From the NCBI GenBank assembly GCA_903870905.1, contig CAIQEU010000020.1, positions 16,311-80,310 of the forward strand: a stretch of DNA of 64,000 nt, written 5' to 3'. The DNA comes from an uncultured Actinomycetes bacterium (lineage in GTDB: Bacteria; Actinomycetota; Acidimicrobiia; Acidimicrobiales; RAAP-2). This document shows, one piece after another, positions 51,028-60,721 of the stretch; position 1 is the first letter of the stretch; every line of letters begins with the position of its first letter. The notes beneath the pieces were generated by a model. That model was not told the DNA's origin and made no database searches. It saw nothing but the letters and a program-made list of their open reading frames with translations. Both the position numbers and the translations under genes were made by a program.

Positions 51028-52869
51028 ATGGACCAGCACCGCCTCAAGACGTGGACGCCCGAGGTGGCGGCGCAGTCCAAGATCGTCCGATCCCAACTGC
51101 ACCGACATCCGAGTGCTGGGGTCACGTGGATCGAGCGGCGGCCTGACCTCGAGGGGCGATCCCTGTTGATGTCCGGAGGTCTCGGGATTGCCCCGACCAT
51201 CCTCGGCTCGTCCGAGTGGTCGGTCGCGGCGCCGATCAACGAGTACGGGGGCCGGGCGTATGCCCCGGTGGCGGCGCATGGGTGGTGGGTCATGGAGGGG
51301 GTGACGTCGTCCCTAGGATTCTTGGACCTCACCGGCGACTTCACACCGGTGCTGGCGGTGGGACAGACCGAGCGATTCGGCGATTTCGCCCCTATCTCCG
51401 AATCTGTGGTGCTGTGCATCCGTGAAGTCCATGCCGAGCACCACGTGACCCGATCGATCGTGGAGGTCCGGCGAGATGGCACGGTCACCACCGTGTTCGA
51501 GGGGCGAGACTTCCTCTCCGACACCGTGGCCTGCGTCAGTGACGACGGAGGCGCATCGGTGGCCTTCGTGGCGTGGGATCACCCCGAACTCCCATGGCGA
51601 GCAGGAGAGGTGTGGCGAGGGATCTGGAGCGACGGTTCGCTGTCGCAGGTGGAGAAGGTGGCCGGGGGAGTGCGCGCTGCGGCGTTCGGACCCAGTTTCA
51701 GTGTCGATGGTCGATTGACGTTCGCTCGTGAGGTGGATGGCTACGTGCAGATCGCAGAGGTCGACGGTGATGACGCCTCGGCGATCACCACGAGTTCGGC
51801 TGATCACGCAGAGCCCCCATGGACCTCACAGGAGCGGACCTACACCCCCTCAGGGAGTCGGCGAGGGATCGGCGCCGTCAGTCGAGGAGGCTTGCAGCAC
51901 CTCGTCGCCATCGACGGCGATCGAGAAACCGACATTCCGACCGAGCTCATGACGGTGGAGGGCATCGTCCTCGCAGACACCGACGTCGTGGTGCTCGGCG
52001 CCACCGCCTCGTCTCGAGCTGCGGTGTGGTCGGTCGATCTCGACACCGGAGCGCTCCGTCCGATCTCGTCGGCAGCGAACCTTCCTGGAGCGGCTCGAGC
52101 GTTCACGCCGTTCTCCGTGGTGGCACCAGATGGGCGAAGCATCGAAGGGTTCCTGGGCCTCCCAGGAGGATCTGCGCAGCCCCCGCTCATCGTGCACTGC
52201 CACGGGGGGCCGACCGATTCGGCAGATGCGTCGTTCGACCCCGTGATGCAGGTGCTCCTCGATGCAGGGTATGCGGTTGCGCTCGTGAACTACCGGGGTT
52301 CGACCGGATGCGGTTCGGCGTACCGCGACGCCCTCGACGGGGAGTGGGGAGTGGTCGACGTGGCCGACGTCTGCGACTACGCCCGAGCGGTCATGGACAG
52401 TGGTCTCGTGCACCCGGAGAAGGCTGCGATTCGGGGTGGTTCTGCGGGAGGCTTCACCGCACTCCGGGCGCTCGATGGGGCCCCCTTCCTCGGGGCGGTC
52501 TCGCTCTACGGCGTGACGGACCTCGTGCAGTTGGCGGCGTCGTGTCACGACTTCGAGGCGCACTACCTCGACCACCTCGTGGGCCCCTTGCCAGCGGCGC
52601 GGGCGGTCTACGACGATCGCTCCCCGGCGCTGCATCCTGAACGCATCATCGGAGCAGTGCTGCTCCTCCAAGGTGTCGACGACGCCGTGGTTCCCGTCGA
52701 GCAAGCTCGAAAGCTCGCTGCGGCGGTCACTGCCCAAGGGGGCAGTGTGCGCCTCGTCGAATTCGAGGGGGAGGGCCATGGATTCCGTCGGGCCCGCACC
52801 ATCGAGCAGGCGCTCAGCGAAGAACTGTCGTTCTACGCCAACCTCTTCCGAACCCCTCGACCTGACTAG
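51028..52869 (+). CDS. S9-family serine peptidase (prolyl oligopeptidase / acylaminoacyl-peptidase-like)
   Basis: Beta-propeller N-terminal half, nucleophile elbow GGSAGGF, and C-terminal D...GEGHGF. Confidence 0.85.
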   Translation: MDQHRLKTWTPEVAAQSKIVRSQLHRHPSAGVTWIERRPDLEGRSLLMSGGLGIAPTILGSSEWSVAAPINEYGGRAYAPVAAHGWWVMEGVTSSLGFLDLTGDFTPVLAVGQTERFGDFAPISESVVLCIREVHAEHHVTRSIVEVRRDGTVTTVFEGRDFLSDTVACVSDDGGASVAFVAWDHPELPWRAGEVWRGIWSDGSLSQVEKVAGGVRAAAFGPSFSVDGRLTFAREVDGYVQIAEVDGDDASAITTSSADHAEPPWTSQERTYTPSGSRRGIGAVSRGGLQHLVAIDGDRETDIPTELMTVEGIVLADTDVVVLGATASSRAAVWSVDLDTGALRPISSAANLPGAARAFTPFSVVAPDGRSIEGFLGLPGGSAQPPLIVHCHGGPTDSADASFDPVMQVLLDAGYAVALVNYRGSTGCGSAYRDALDGEWGVVDVADVCDYARAVMDSGLVHPEKAAIRGGSAGGFTALRALDGAPFLGAVSLYGVTDLVQLAASCHDFEAHYLDHLVGPLPAARAVYDDRSPALHPERIIGAVLLLQGVDDAVVPVEQARKLAAAVTAQGGSVRLVEFEGEGHGFRRARTIEQALSEELSFYANLFRTPRPD

Positions 52870-52870
52870 G

Positions 52871-54238
52871 GTGAGTGGCGTGGCGCAGGTGACCGTGGTG
52901 GAGGGACCGCTCGAGCGAGCGCTCCGGCGAGTCGCACGGCCGTTCTTCTCCTTGAGCGAACTCGAGCGCGACCTCGTGCTCTACGCAGCGTCGGGACTCT
53001 TCGCCCTCGTCGTCTCGTTCACCTCAGCGTTGGCGCTGTATCGGGAGTGGGGGGCGATGGCAGTGTCGGGCTACGCGTTCGGCGCCTTGGCATCTGCTTG
53101 GCTGTGGTGGTTCGTTCGCCACCGCCGCGTTGGTGACCGGAGTCAACTCTTGGCCCGGTGCACGGTGGCGGCGGTCGTGTTCACGTCGGTGCTCGCGGTG
53201 CCGCTGGCGGTTGAGATCTCGTGGCGCACGGAGACGCCGAATCCCTACCTCCACGTGCAGCCAGAGGTCACGGTCATTGAGCACGCTGGCCAGGCGGTTG
53301 CGAACGCACAGGACCCCTACCGCGTGGTGAAGGTGACCGGCGCACCAGCCCGCGATGCGGCCCACCCGCTCTACGAGCAGTTCTTCCCCTACCTGCCGCT
53401 GATGGCGGCGTTCGGCTACGCCTCGTCGACCCATGCCCCCGCACCTATCACCGATGCACGACTCACGTTCCTCCTCGTGACCATGGTCGTCCTCGCTGCC
53501 GCCCTCACGTTGTTCCGAGGGGGCGATGCCGAGCGGTTCAGAATCGGACAGGTGCTCTTGGTCCTCCCACTCGGCGCCCTCCCGCTCGTCACCGGTGGCG
53601 ATGATCTCCCGGTCGTCGCGCTGTTGCTCTTAGGGCTCGTCCTCACCCAGCGGCGCCAGCTGCTCCCTGCAGGGATTACCTTCGGCGTGGCCGCAGCGAT
53701 GAAGTTCACGGCGTGGCCCATCGCGCTCTTGGCCTTGGCGTTCTGCGATGCCTCGGGAAGACGAGGCGCACGGCGCCCGATGGCAATTGGTTTCGGCGCC
53801 GTCTTGATTCCGATCGTCCTTCCCTACGCCATCATGAACCCGGTGGCGTTTCTCCAGAACGTGGTCCTCTACCCCCTCGGACTGACCGGCGTCCCCTCGC
53901 CAGCACAGACGCCATTCTTCGGTCACCTCGTGGTCAGTCTGTTGCCCCATCTTCACCGGGTCTACGCCGTGGCAATTGCCGTGGTGGGCGTGGTACTCAT
54001 CGGGCGATCGCTGCGGCGCCGTCCACCTCGAACGGCGGGGTCGGTAGCGACGTTCGCAGCGTGGTGCGCTGTGTTCATCGTCGCCGTGGCACCGTCGACT
54101 CGAGTCGGGTACTTGCTCTATCCGCTCGACTTCGCGCTGTGGGGCAGCATGCTCACCGCTGTGGATACTCGATCGTTACTGAGCAGTGCTCTGGAAGATC
54201 CGAATCGTGAGTTCGGTCGACTGGACGGGAACCCCTGA
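52871..54238 (+). CDS. Polytopic membrane protein, probable GT-C glycosyltransferase (DUF2029/GT87-like)
   Basis: At least 9 predicted TM helices with a periplasmic-loop pattern similar to actinobacterial mannosyltransferase-like proteins. The family call is tentative. GTG 52871 lies 2 nt after the S9 stop. Confidence 0.5.
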   Translation: MSGVAQVTVVEGPLERALRRVARPFFSLSELERDLVLYAASGLFALVVSFTSALALYREWGAMAVSGYAFGALASAWLWWFVRHRRVGDRSQLLARCTVAAVVFTSVLAVPLAVEISWRTETPNPYLHVQPEVTVIEHAGQAVANAQDPYRVVKVTGAPARDAAHPLYEQFFPYLPLMAAFGYASSTHAPAPITDARLTFLLVTMVVLAAALTLFRGGDAERFRIGQVLLVLPLGALPLVTGGDDLPVVALLLLGLVLTQRRQLLPAGITFGVAAAMKFTAWPIALLALAFCDASGRRGARRPMAIGFGAVLIPIVLPYAIMNPVAFLQNVVLYPLGLTGVPSPAQTPFFGHLVVSLLPHLHRVYAVAIAVVGVVLIGRSLRRRPPRTAGSVATFAAWCAVFIVAVAPSTRVGYLLYPLDFALWGSMLTAVDTRSLLSSALEDPNREFGRLDGNP

Positions 54239-54757
54239 CGGCGTCGGCGTGAAGGTCGTTGTACCGACAACCACGCCCAGCTCCCAGTAGTAGCCATCAG
54301 AACCCGCCTGTTGGGCGATCACTGCGTAACCGCCACCATCGTGAGTGGTGGAGCCCGTACTCATGATCTTCCAACCATCATGGGGAATTGCGTCGTCGAC
54401 GAACGCCTGGAGCCAGCCAGCAGTTTGGGAGCAGGTGTAGCGAATCGCCACGGATGGACTGGCGGCGTCGCCCCCGGTCGGCAGACTTCGGTGGGTCGTG
54501 CAGGCGGCGGGAACGAGGACCTTCTTCTGAATGTCGACCGGCGGGGCGAGGAGGGGGTCGCTGCCTGCGAACACAGCGACGACCGAACTGGTGGGGCCGT
54601 AGGCGGTGAGCGGTGGTGGGGGAGGGGCGCTCCCTGAGCCACCGAAGAGGATCTCAAGCCCAACGAACCCACCGAGGGCGAGGATGGCCATGCCGGGAAC
54701 GAGCGCCGCCATCTTGATTGAGGTGGACTGGTGCGTGAGGCGAGGCGGGGCGGTCAT
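54176..54757 (-). CDS. Hypothetical membrane-anchored/secreted protein (193 aa)
   Basis: MTAPPRL..., one TM (MAALVPGMAILALGGFVGLEILF), a PPPPP linker and a ~130-aa domain with 2 Cys. ATGA overlap with the upstream gene. The rest of ORF 54176-55417 is a spurious extension. Confidence 0.55.
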   Translation of the reverse strand: MTAPPRLTHQSTSIKMAALVPGMAILALGGFVGLEILFGGSGSAPPPPPLTAYGPTSSVVAVFAGSDPLLAPPVDIQKKVLVPAACTTHRSLPTGGDAASPSVAIRYTCSQTAGWLQAFVDDAIPHDGWKIMSTGSTTHDGGGYAVIAQQAGSDGYYWELGVVVGTTTFTPTPSGVPVQSTELTIRIFQSTAQ

Positions 54758-55677
54758 CGTGGTCGCTTTCGGTCGCGTCGGCGCTTCGGCGGAGTGGTGG
54801 CGGCGAGGAGATCGTCGACCTGGAAACCGAGGGGGGCAGCGTCGTTGGTGAGGTAGACGTAGAGCGCAGTCCAAAACGACGTTGATACCACCGTCAGCAG
54901 TGTCATCACGATCACGAGTCCAATGAGGCCGATCGTCAACGCCAGTACCTTGGAGGTCGACAGGGCGTAACTCGATGCTCCAGCGAGAATCGCGATGGTG
55001 AGAATCGTTACCGGGCTCAGCGGATTGGTGATGACCGCTCCAGCGCTCGGTGATTCTGTGAGGAGCCCCAGCGAACGCATCCTCCGTTGTTTTCCCTTCA
55101 GTCCTTCCCCCATCGCAATTGGAAGCGAGAGCGCACTTCGGAGGCGGAGTCGCTGGGCGAACTTCCGGCCGAAGAAGAGGCGGGCGATGCCGCCCGAACC
55201 ACCGTTGCGGCGAAGCGGTTGCGTCGTCAGTGCCACGAGGACATGAGCGAGGGAGTAAGACAACAGTCTCGGGAGCCGCATGAGTGCTTGGAGACTGGCA
55301 CGGGTCACCGAGACGGGTTCGCCGCGGAGGAAGGTGAGCAAGCGAATCGACAGCGCCCCTGACAGCCAGGCGGAGGAGGCGAGGGTCACGCCAACCGAGA
55401 CGCCGACGAGGATCCACTGATGCGACGAGACAGGGTGCGTCGCCCCAGCATCTGATGCACTCCTGCGGACGAGGATGGTCAGCAGGGCTGCGAAGGCGGC
55501 GACACCCTCAACCGTCGCCGCCACAGCGACGAGGAGACTCAAGGATGGTTCGCTTGCGATGAAAGAACTCGACGACCGCATCGCACGCCACGCTCTCGGC
55601 AGATGCCCCATGCGTGTTGGGGTCGTCGGGCGCAGACCGCCACCGAAGAATCCAAATCGTCCAATCGGCGCGCTCAT
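54754..55677 (-). CDS. Hypothetical polytopic membrane protein (possibly DUF6159-like)
   Basis: About 5-6 TM helices and a basic C-terminal tail (KRRRDRKRPR). ATG 55677 overlaps the thiD stop (ATGA). ATG 55611 (MGHLPRAW) is an alternative start. Confidence 0.55.
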   Translation of the reverse strand: MSAPIGRFGFFGGGLRPTTPTRMGHLPRAWRAMRSSSSFIASEPSLSLLVAVAATVEGVAAFAALLTILVRRSASDAGATHPVSSHQWILVGVSVGVTLASSAWLSGALSIRLLTFLRGEPVSVTRASLQALMRLPRLLSYSLAHVLVALTTQPLRRNGGSGGIARLFFGRKFAQRLRLRSALSLPIAMGEGLKGKQRRMRSLGLLTESPSAGAVITNPLSPVTILTIAILAGASSYALSTSKVLALTIGLIGLVIVMTLLTVVSTSFWTALYVYLTNDAAPLGFQVDDLLAATTPPKRRRDRKRPR

Positions 55678-56504
55678 CGGTGCTGCGCTCCTGTCGCCGA
55701 TGGCCAGTCGAAGTGGTTGAGTGGGCCATGCCCGGCACCGATCTGCCACGAAGCGGCTCCTGCGATGGAGCGGTGAACGTAGTCCTGTGCCTGTGCGATG
55801 CCGTGAAGGAGATCGACGCCTCGGGCACAGTAGGCGGCAATGGCCGCGGAGAACGTGCAGCCCGTTCCATGCGTGTTGCGGGTCATCACGTAGGGCTGGC
55901 GGAGTTCGACGATTTCGTCACCGAACACGACGAGGTCGGTGAGCACATGGTCAACGGGGCTCAGGTGGCCGCCTTTGGCCACGATGGTCGATCCTGTGCG
56001 GTCGGCCAGTGCCACAGCCCCAACGCGTAACGCATCGATCGTGCCGATCGATCCCGATGGCTGTCCGAGGAGGACTGCGAGTTCCTCGGCGTTCGGTGTG
56101 ATGACGGTCGCCAGCGGGAACAAGAGCGAGCGATAAGCGTCGAGTGCGTCCATGTCGAGGAGGCGAGCTCCAGAGGTCGCCACGATGACCGGGTCGACGA
56201 TGAGCGGCAGGCCCGTCTCGCTGATGCTCCATGCAACGGCTTCGACAATTGCCGTGGTCGCCAACATACCGGTCTTGATGGAGCGGATTGGCGTGTCGGC
56301 CAAGACGGCCGAGATCTGCTCGGCCACCATGGTGGGATCGAGGTAGGTAGCGGACTTCACGCCGAGGGTGTTCTGGGCGGTGACGGCGGTGATCGCCGAG
56401 GTCCCGTAGACGCCGAGCGCTGCGAACGTCTTCAGATCTGCTTGGATGCCCGCCGCTCCGCCAGAGTCCGATCCGGCAATGGTGAGGGCAGCGGGAGGGA
56501 TCAC
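55674..56504 (-). CDS. thiD: Hydroxymethylpyrimidine / phosphomethylpyrimidine kinase
   Basis: ALTIAGSDSGGAAGIQADLKTF and a C-terminal GTGCTFSAAIAA. Confidence 0.93.
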   Translation of the reverse strand: MIPPAALTIAGSDSGGAAGIQADLKTFAALGVYGTSAITAVTAQNTLGVKSATYLDPTMVAEQISAVLADTPIRSIKTGMLATTAIVEAVAWSISETGLPLIVDPVIVATSGARLLDMDALDAYRSLLFPLATVITPNAEELAVLLGQPSGSIGTIDALRVGAVALADRTGSTIVAKGGHLSPVDHVLTDLVVFGDEIVELRQPYVMTRNTHGTGCTFSAAIAAYCARGVDLLHGIAQAQDYVHRSIAGAASWQIGAGHGPLNHFDWPSATGAQHR

Positions 56505-56510
56505 CCCTAC

Positions 56511-56516
56511 ATCCTA
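56511..56516 (-). promoter_or_regulatory. Candidate -10 box (TAGGAT, minus strand) for a leaderless thiD operon mRNA
   Basis: TAGGAT-N6-GTG(56504) on the minus strand. Confidence 0.45.
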
Positions 56517-56554
56517 CGGCCCCCCTCGCCACGAGAGCGTGCCGGGGGCGCCGG

Positions 56555-57346
<792 letters not shown>

Positions 57347-57381
57347 CACGCGTGGAACTACGGAGGTGTGATTTCCTCCGG

Positions 57382-57387
57382 TAGGAT
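57382..57387 (+). promoter_or_regulatory. Candidate -10 box (TAGGAT) upstream of the second MerR gene (leadered, SD present)
   Basis: TAGGAT lies 32 nt upstream of ATG 57420, and AAGGGAG SD is present. It is preceded by the hairpin CGGAGG-N8-CCTCCG (57361-57380). Confidence 0.35.
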
Positions 57388-57419
57388 GTGAGTCCGGTTG
57401 TTCAGCGAAGGGAGTTCGC

Positions 57420-57887
57420 ATGTCGGCATCGAGCATGGACCACGACCAGACGTTCAGCGGGCCACAGGTGTGCGCCATTGTGGGGGTGACCTACCGTCAA
57501 CTCGACTACTGGGCACGGACCGAACTGCTCACGCCATCGGTCGCTGAAGCCAAGGGCAGTGGATCGAAGCGGCGATACTCGTACCACGACGTCGTATCGC
57601 TCAAGGTCATCAAGCAACTCCTCGATGCAGGACTCTCGCTCCAGGCAGCTCGCCGGGCAGTGGAGTGCCTGCGAGATGATCTCGAGGCCGACCTCGCTTC
57701 GACGCAACTGGTGCTGACGTCGACCTCTTCGGTGCTCGCACAGTCCAACGGCGAAGTCGTCGATCTTCTGGCTGGTGGTCAGGGTGTCTTCAACATCATT
57801 CCCCTCGCCGGACTCGTCGCCGAGGTCTCTGCAGAGATCGTGCACCTCGGCGCTGATGATCAGATTCGGAAGAAGCGCTCGGCGTGA
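57420..57887 (+). CDS. MerR-family transcriptional regulator (position of Rv1830 ResR/McdR-type regulators)
   Basis: MerR HTH FSGPQVCAIVGVTYRQLDYWARTELLTPS...KRRYSYHDVVSLKVIKQLLDAG. Confidence 0.85.
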   Translation: MSASSMDHDQTFSGPQVCAIVGVTYRQLDYWARTELLTPSVAEAKGSGSKRRYSYHDVVSLKVIKQLLDAGLSLQAARRAVECLRDDLEADLASTQLVLTSTSSVLAQSNGEVVDLLAGGQGVFNIIPLAGLVAEVSAEIVHLGADDQIRKKRSA

Positions 57888-58276
57888 GCCTTCGCCTCGA
57901 GGGGAGCCTGCGACGTCATCCATCGACGACGCAACGACGAGCGCACGATTTCGCGCACCCTTCAGAGGTCACGTTCTCGAGATTGCTGGATCTCTACGAG
58001 ATTCGTTGGGTCTACGAGCCGACTGAGTTTCCGTTGTCCTGGCACCCTAATGGGCGACCGTCCGCAGCGTTCCGTCCAGATTTCTACTTACCTGATTTTG
58101 GAGAGTTCCTCGAGTTGACGACCGCTGAAGGGCGTCTCGCTACTCGGAAGAACGCCAAGATCCGTCGCTTCCGAGCGCTCTACCCCGAAGTCGCCCTCAC
58201 CCTGATTGGCCATCGGCAGTTCGGAGAACTCTGCGAACGTCATCGCCTCCAACCCAACCACCCACTCGCCGCCTGA
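57884..58276 (+). CDS. Hypothetical protein with a T7 endonuclease I-like (PD-(D/E)xK) pattern; catalytic Lys apparently absent
   Basis: HPSEVTFSRLL...IRWVYEP...FRPDFYLPDFGEFLELT...IRRFRALYPEVALTLI...FGELCERHRL parallels T7 gp3 GLEDKVSKQL...IKFEYEE...YTPDFLLPNGIFVETKG...LIREQHPELDIRIVF...YGEFCEKHGIKF. GTGA overlap with the MerR gene. Confidence 0.5.
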   Translation: MSLRLEGSLRRHPSTTQRRAHDFAHPSEVTFSRLLDLYEIRWVYEPTEFPLSWHPNGRPSAAFRPDFYLPDFGEFLELTTAEGRLATRKNAKIRRFRALYPEVALTLIGHRQFGELCERHRLQPNHPLAA

Positions 58277-58286
58277 GGACCACGCC

Positions 58287-59351
58287 ATGGACGCCACCAA
58301 GCACGCTCCCCTCGAAGATCGCCACCTCGCCCTCGGTGCCAAGATGGCGCCGTTTGGGGGATGGGAGATGCCGATCGCGTACCCGAGCGGCACTGTCGTC
58401 GAGCACCGAGCGTGCCGAAACGACGCTGTGGTCTTCGACGTGAGTCACCTCGGCACCGTGCGCGTGTCGGGGCCTGAGGCATTCGCGACGCTGCAGAAGA
58501 CCCTCACCAATGACCTCACCCGCATTCAGCCCGGACGAGCGCAGTACACGCACCTGCTGAACAATGCCGGGGGAGTGGTCGACGACATCATCGTGTGGTG
58601 GGTGAGCGAGGATCGCTTCGACGTGATGCCGAACGCTTCGAACACCGATGACGCTCGCGCTGCGTTCGGTGGGATCGACGTGACCGCCGAGCGCGTGGTA
58701 CTCGCCATTCAGGGTCCGATGGCCAGAGCACGCTTGGAAGGAATCGCTCCAGAAATTGCCGCGGTGCCGAGGTTCTGCGTTCGAGAGGTGACCTGGGGTG
58801 GTGCAACGGTGACCGTTGCCGGCACCGGATACACCGGGGAAGACGGCGTGGAAGTGGCGCTGCCGCTCTCGGTCGCCCACGCGTTCTTCGACGCCGTGCT
58901 TGAGGCTGGCGTCATTCCGGCGGGACTCGGCGCCCGGGACACCCTCCGCCTCGAGGCCGGGTTGCCGCTCCACGGTCACGAGCTCTCGGCCACGATCACG
59001 CCGCTCGAGGCCAAGTTGAACTGGGTCATTGGGTGGAACAAGGGAGATTTCATCGGGCGGGCAGCACTCGAGGCCCAGCGCGCCGCAGGAGTTGCGAGGA
59101 GCCTCGTTGGAATTGCCACTGAAGGGCGACAGCCTCCCCGTGAGGGAGCCGAAATCGTTGTTGGCGACACCGTCGTCGGAACGGTCACGAGTGGAAACTT
59201 CTCACCAATGCTCGGCCACGGTATTGCGATGGGGTTCGTCGACTCCAGTGCAGCACTGAGCGTTGGCGATGACGTCGCCATCATCATCCGATCGAAGGCG
59301 CTGAGTGGCCGTCTCGTCCCGCTACCGTTTTGGCCACCGAGGGAGTCCTAA
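58287..59351 (+). CDS. gcvT: Glycine cleavage system aminomethyltransferase T
   Basis: PLEDRHLALGAKMAPFGGWEMPIAY and DVSHLG. GAGGA SD precedes ATG 58287. Confidence 0.94.
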   Translation: MDATKHAPLEDRHLALGAKMAPFGGWEMPIAYPSGTVVEHRACRNDAVVFDVSHLGTVRVSGPEAFATLQKTLTNDLTRIQPGRAQYTHLLNNAGGVVDDIIVWWVSEDRFDVMPNASNTDDARAAFGGIDVTAERVVLAIQGPMARARLEGIAPEIAAVPRFCVREVTWGGATVTVAGTGYTGEDGVEVALPLSVAHAFFDAVLEAGVIPAGLGARDTLRLEAGLPLHGHELSATITPLEAKLNWVIGWNKGDFIGRAALEAQRAAGVARSLVGIATEGRQPPREGAEIVVGDTVVGTVTSGNFSPMLGHGIAMGFVDSSAALSVGDDVAIIIRSKALSGRLVPLPFWPPRES

Positions 59352-60721
59352 TGGCTGACTACATGCCCCACACCCCAGAAGAAGTCGAGCAGATGCTCGC
59401 CTTCCTGGGTCTTTCCACCGAAGCCGAGCTCTTCGACGTCGTGCCCGAGGCGATTCGCTTGGCCGGCGGGCTCAACCTCGCCCCGGGGATCACCGAGCCC
59501 GACGTGCTCGACCGGTTCGAACAGCGCGCCGCCAACAACCGAGCTCGTGCGGATCAGTTGGTCTGCTTCGCAGGTGCGGGCGCCTACGACCATGAGTTGC
59601 CGCCGGTGGTCAAGATGCTCGGGAGCCGATCGGAGTTCGTGACGGCGTACACGCCGTACCAGCCCGAGATCGCCCAGGGTGTCCTCCAGGCCATCTTTGA
59701 GTTCCAGACAATGACGGCGCGGATCTTCGGTCTTCCCGTTGCCAACGCGTCGCTCTACGACGGGGCCACGGCACTCGTTGAGGCCGTGAACTTGGCGGTG
59801 GCGTCGGCGAAGAACTCCCGAGTCGTTCTGTCCTCTGGTGTCCACCCGCACTGGCGCCAGGTCGTCGAGACCTTCGCTGTTGGTACTGGCCACGAGATTG
59901 AAGTCGCGCCGCTCGTCGATGGGCGCACGGACTTCAGCGCCATTGACGGTCCCTGCGGTGCCATTGTCGTCGCACAGCCGAACTACCTCGGAGGACTCGA
60001 ACACCTCGATCAGGTACGAGCGTTGTGTGACCGTACCGGTGCGCTCATGATCGTGGCTGCCGATCCCGTTGCCTCCGGACTCCTCAAGACCCCCGGTTCC
60101 TATGGCGCCGATGTGGTGGTGGGGGAGGGCCAAGGATTTGGCACCGCGCTCAGTTTCGGTGGCCCTTACCTCGGCCTCTTCGCCTGCACCTTGCCGCAGA
60201 TTCGACGACTTCCGGGTCGCATCGTCGGCGAGACCGTCGACACGACGGGGACCAAGGCCTACGTGACGACGCTGCGCACCCGTGAGCAGGACATCCGTCG
60301 CGAGAAGGCCACGTCGAACGTCTGTACGAACCAGACCCTGATGGCGGTCGCCGCAGCGATTCAGCTGAGCTGGCTCGGCACGGCAGGCCTCACAGATCTC
60401 GCACTCCGGTGCGCCCAAGGGACCCGGTACCTCATCGATCAGCTCGGTGCGGGCTCGAACACCTCGGTGCTCCATCCGAACCTGCCGGTCTTCAGAGACG
60501 TGGCGATTCGAACGGCTGCGCCGGCATCGGTCGTCATTGAACGAATGGCCGATGAAGGATTCTTGGCTGGCATCGCCGCATCTGCGCTCCTCCGTGGGAG
60601 CGACCCCTCGTTGTCGCCATCCGATCACGACCACACGTTGCTGGTGTCGGTCACCGAGCGACGGACGGCAGAGCAGATTGACCGATTCGCCGCAGCACTC
60701 GAGAAGGCGGGGCAGAAGTGA
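59351..60721 (+). CDS. gcvPA: Glycine dehydrogenase (decarboxylating) subunit 1
   Basis: MADYMPHTPEEVEQML...YTPYQPEIAQG. TAATG overlap with gcvT. Confidence 0.93.
   Translation: MADYMPHTPEEVEQMLAFLGLSTEAELFDVVPEAIRLAGGLNLAPGITEPDVLDRFEQRAANNRARADQLVCFAGAGAYDHELPPVVKMLGSRSEFVTAYTPYQPEIAQGVLQAIFEFQTMTARIFGLPVANASLYDGATALVEAVNLAVASAKNSRVVLSSGVHPHWRQVVETFAVGTGHEIEVAPLVDGRTDFSAIDGPCGAIVVAQPNYLGGLEHLDQVRALCDRTGALMIVAADPVASGLLKTPGSYGADVVVGEGQGFGTALSFGGPYLGLFACTLPQIRRLPGRIVGETVDTTGTKAYVTTLRTREQDIRREKATSNVCTNQTLMAVAAAIQLSWLGTAGLTDLALRCAQGTRYLIDQLGAGSNTSVLHPNLPVFRDVAIRTAAPASVVIERMADEGFLAGIAASALLRGSDPSLSPSDHDHTLLVSVTERRTAEQIDRFAAALEKAGQK

Noticed and set aside
54758-55417. ORF 54176-55417 read as a single 413-aa protein.
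   Set aside because: The upstream 220 codons overlap, out of frame, the membrane-protein gene 54754-55677 and are Arg/Pro-rich. ATG 54757 forms an ATGA overlap with that gene and begins a sensible TM-anchored protein.
58277-58286. A glycine riboswitch upstream of gcvT (also checked upstream of gcvH at 47100-47129 and of the MerR gene at 57347-57419).
   Set aside because: The gaps are 10, 30 and 73 nt, too short for a single or tandem glycine aptamer, and no GGAGAG...CACCG-type cores were seen.
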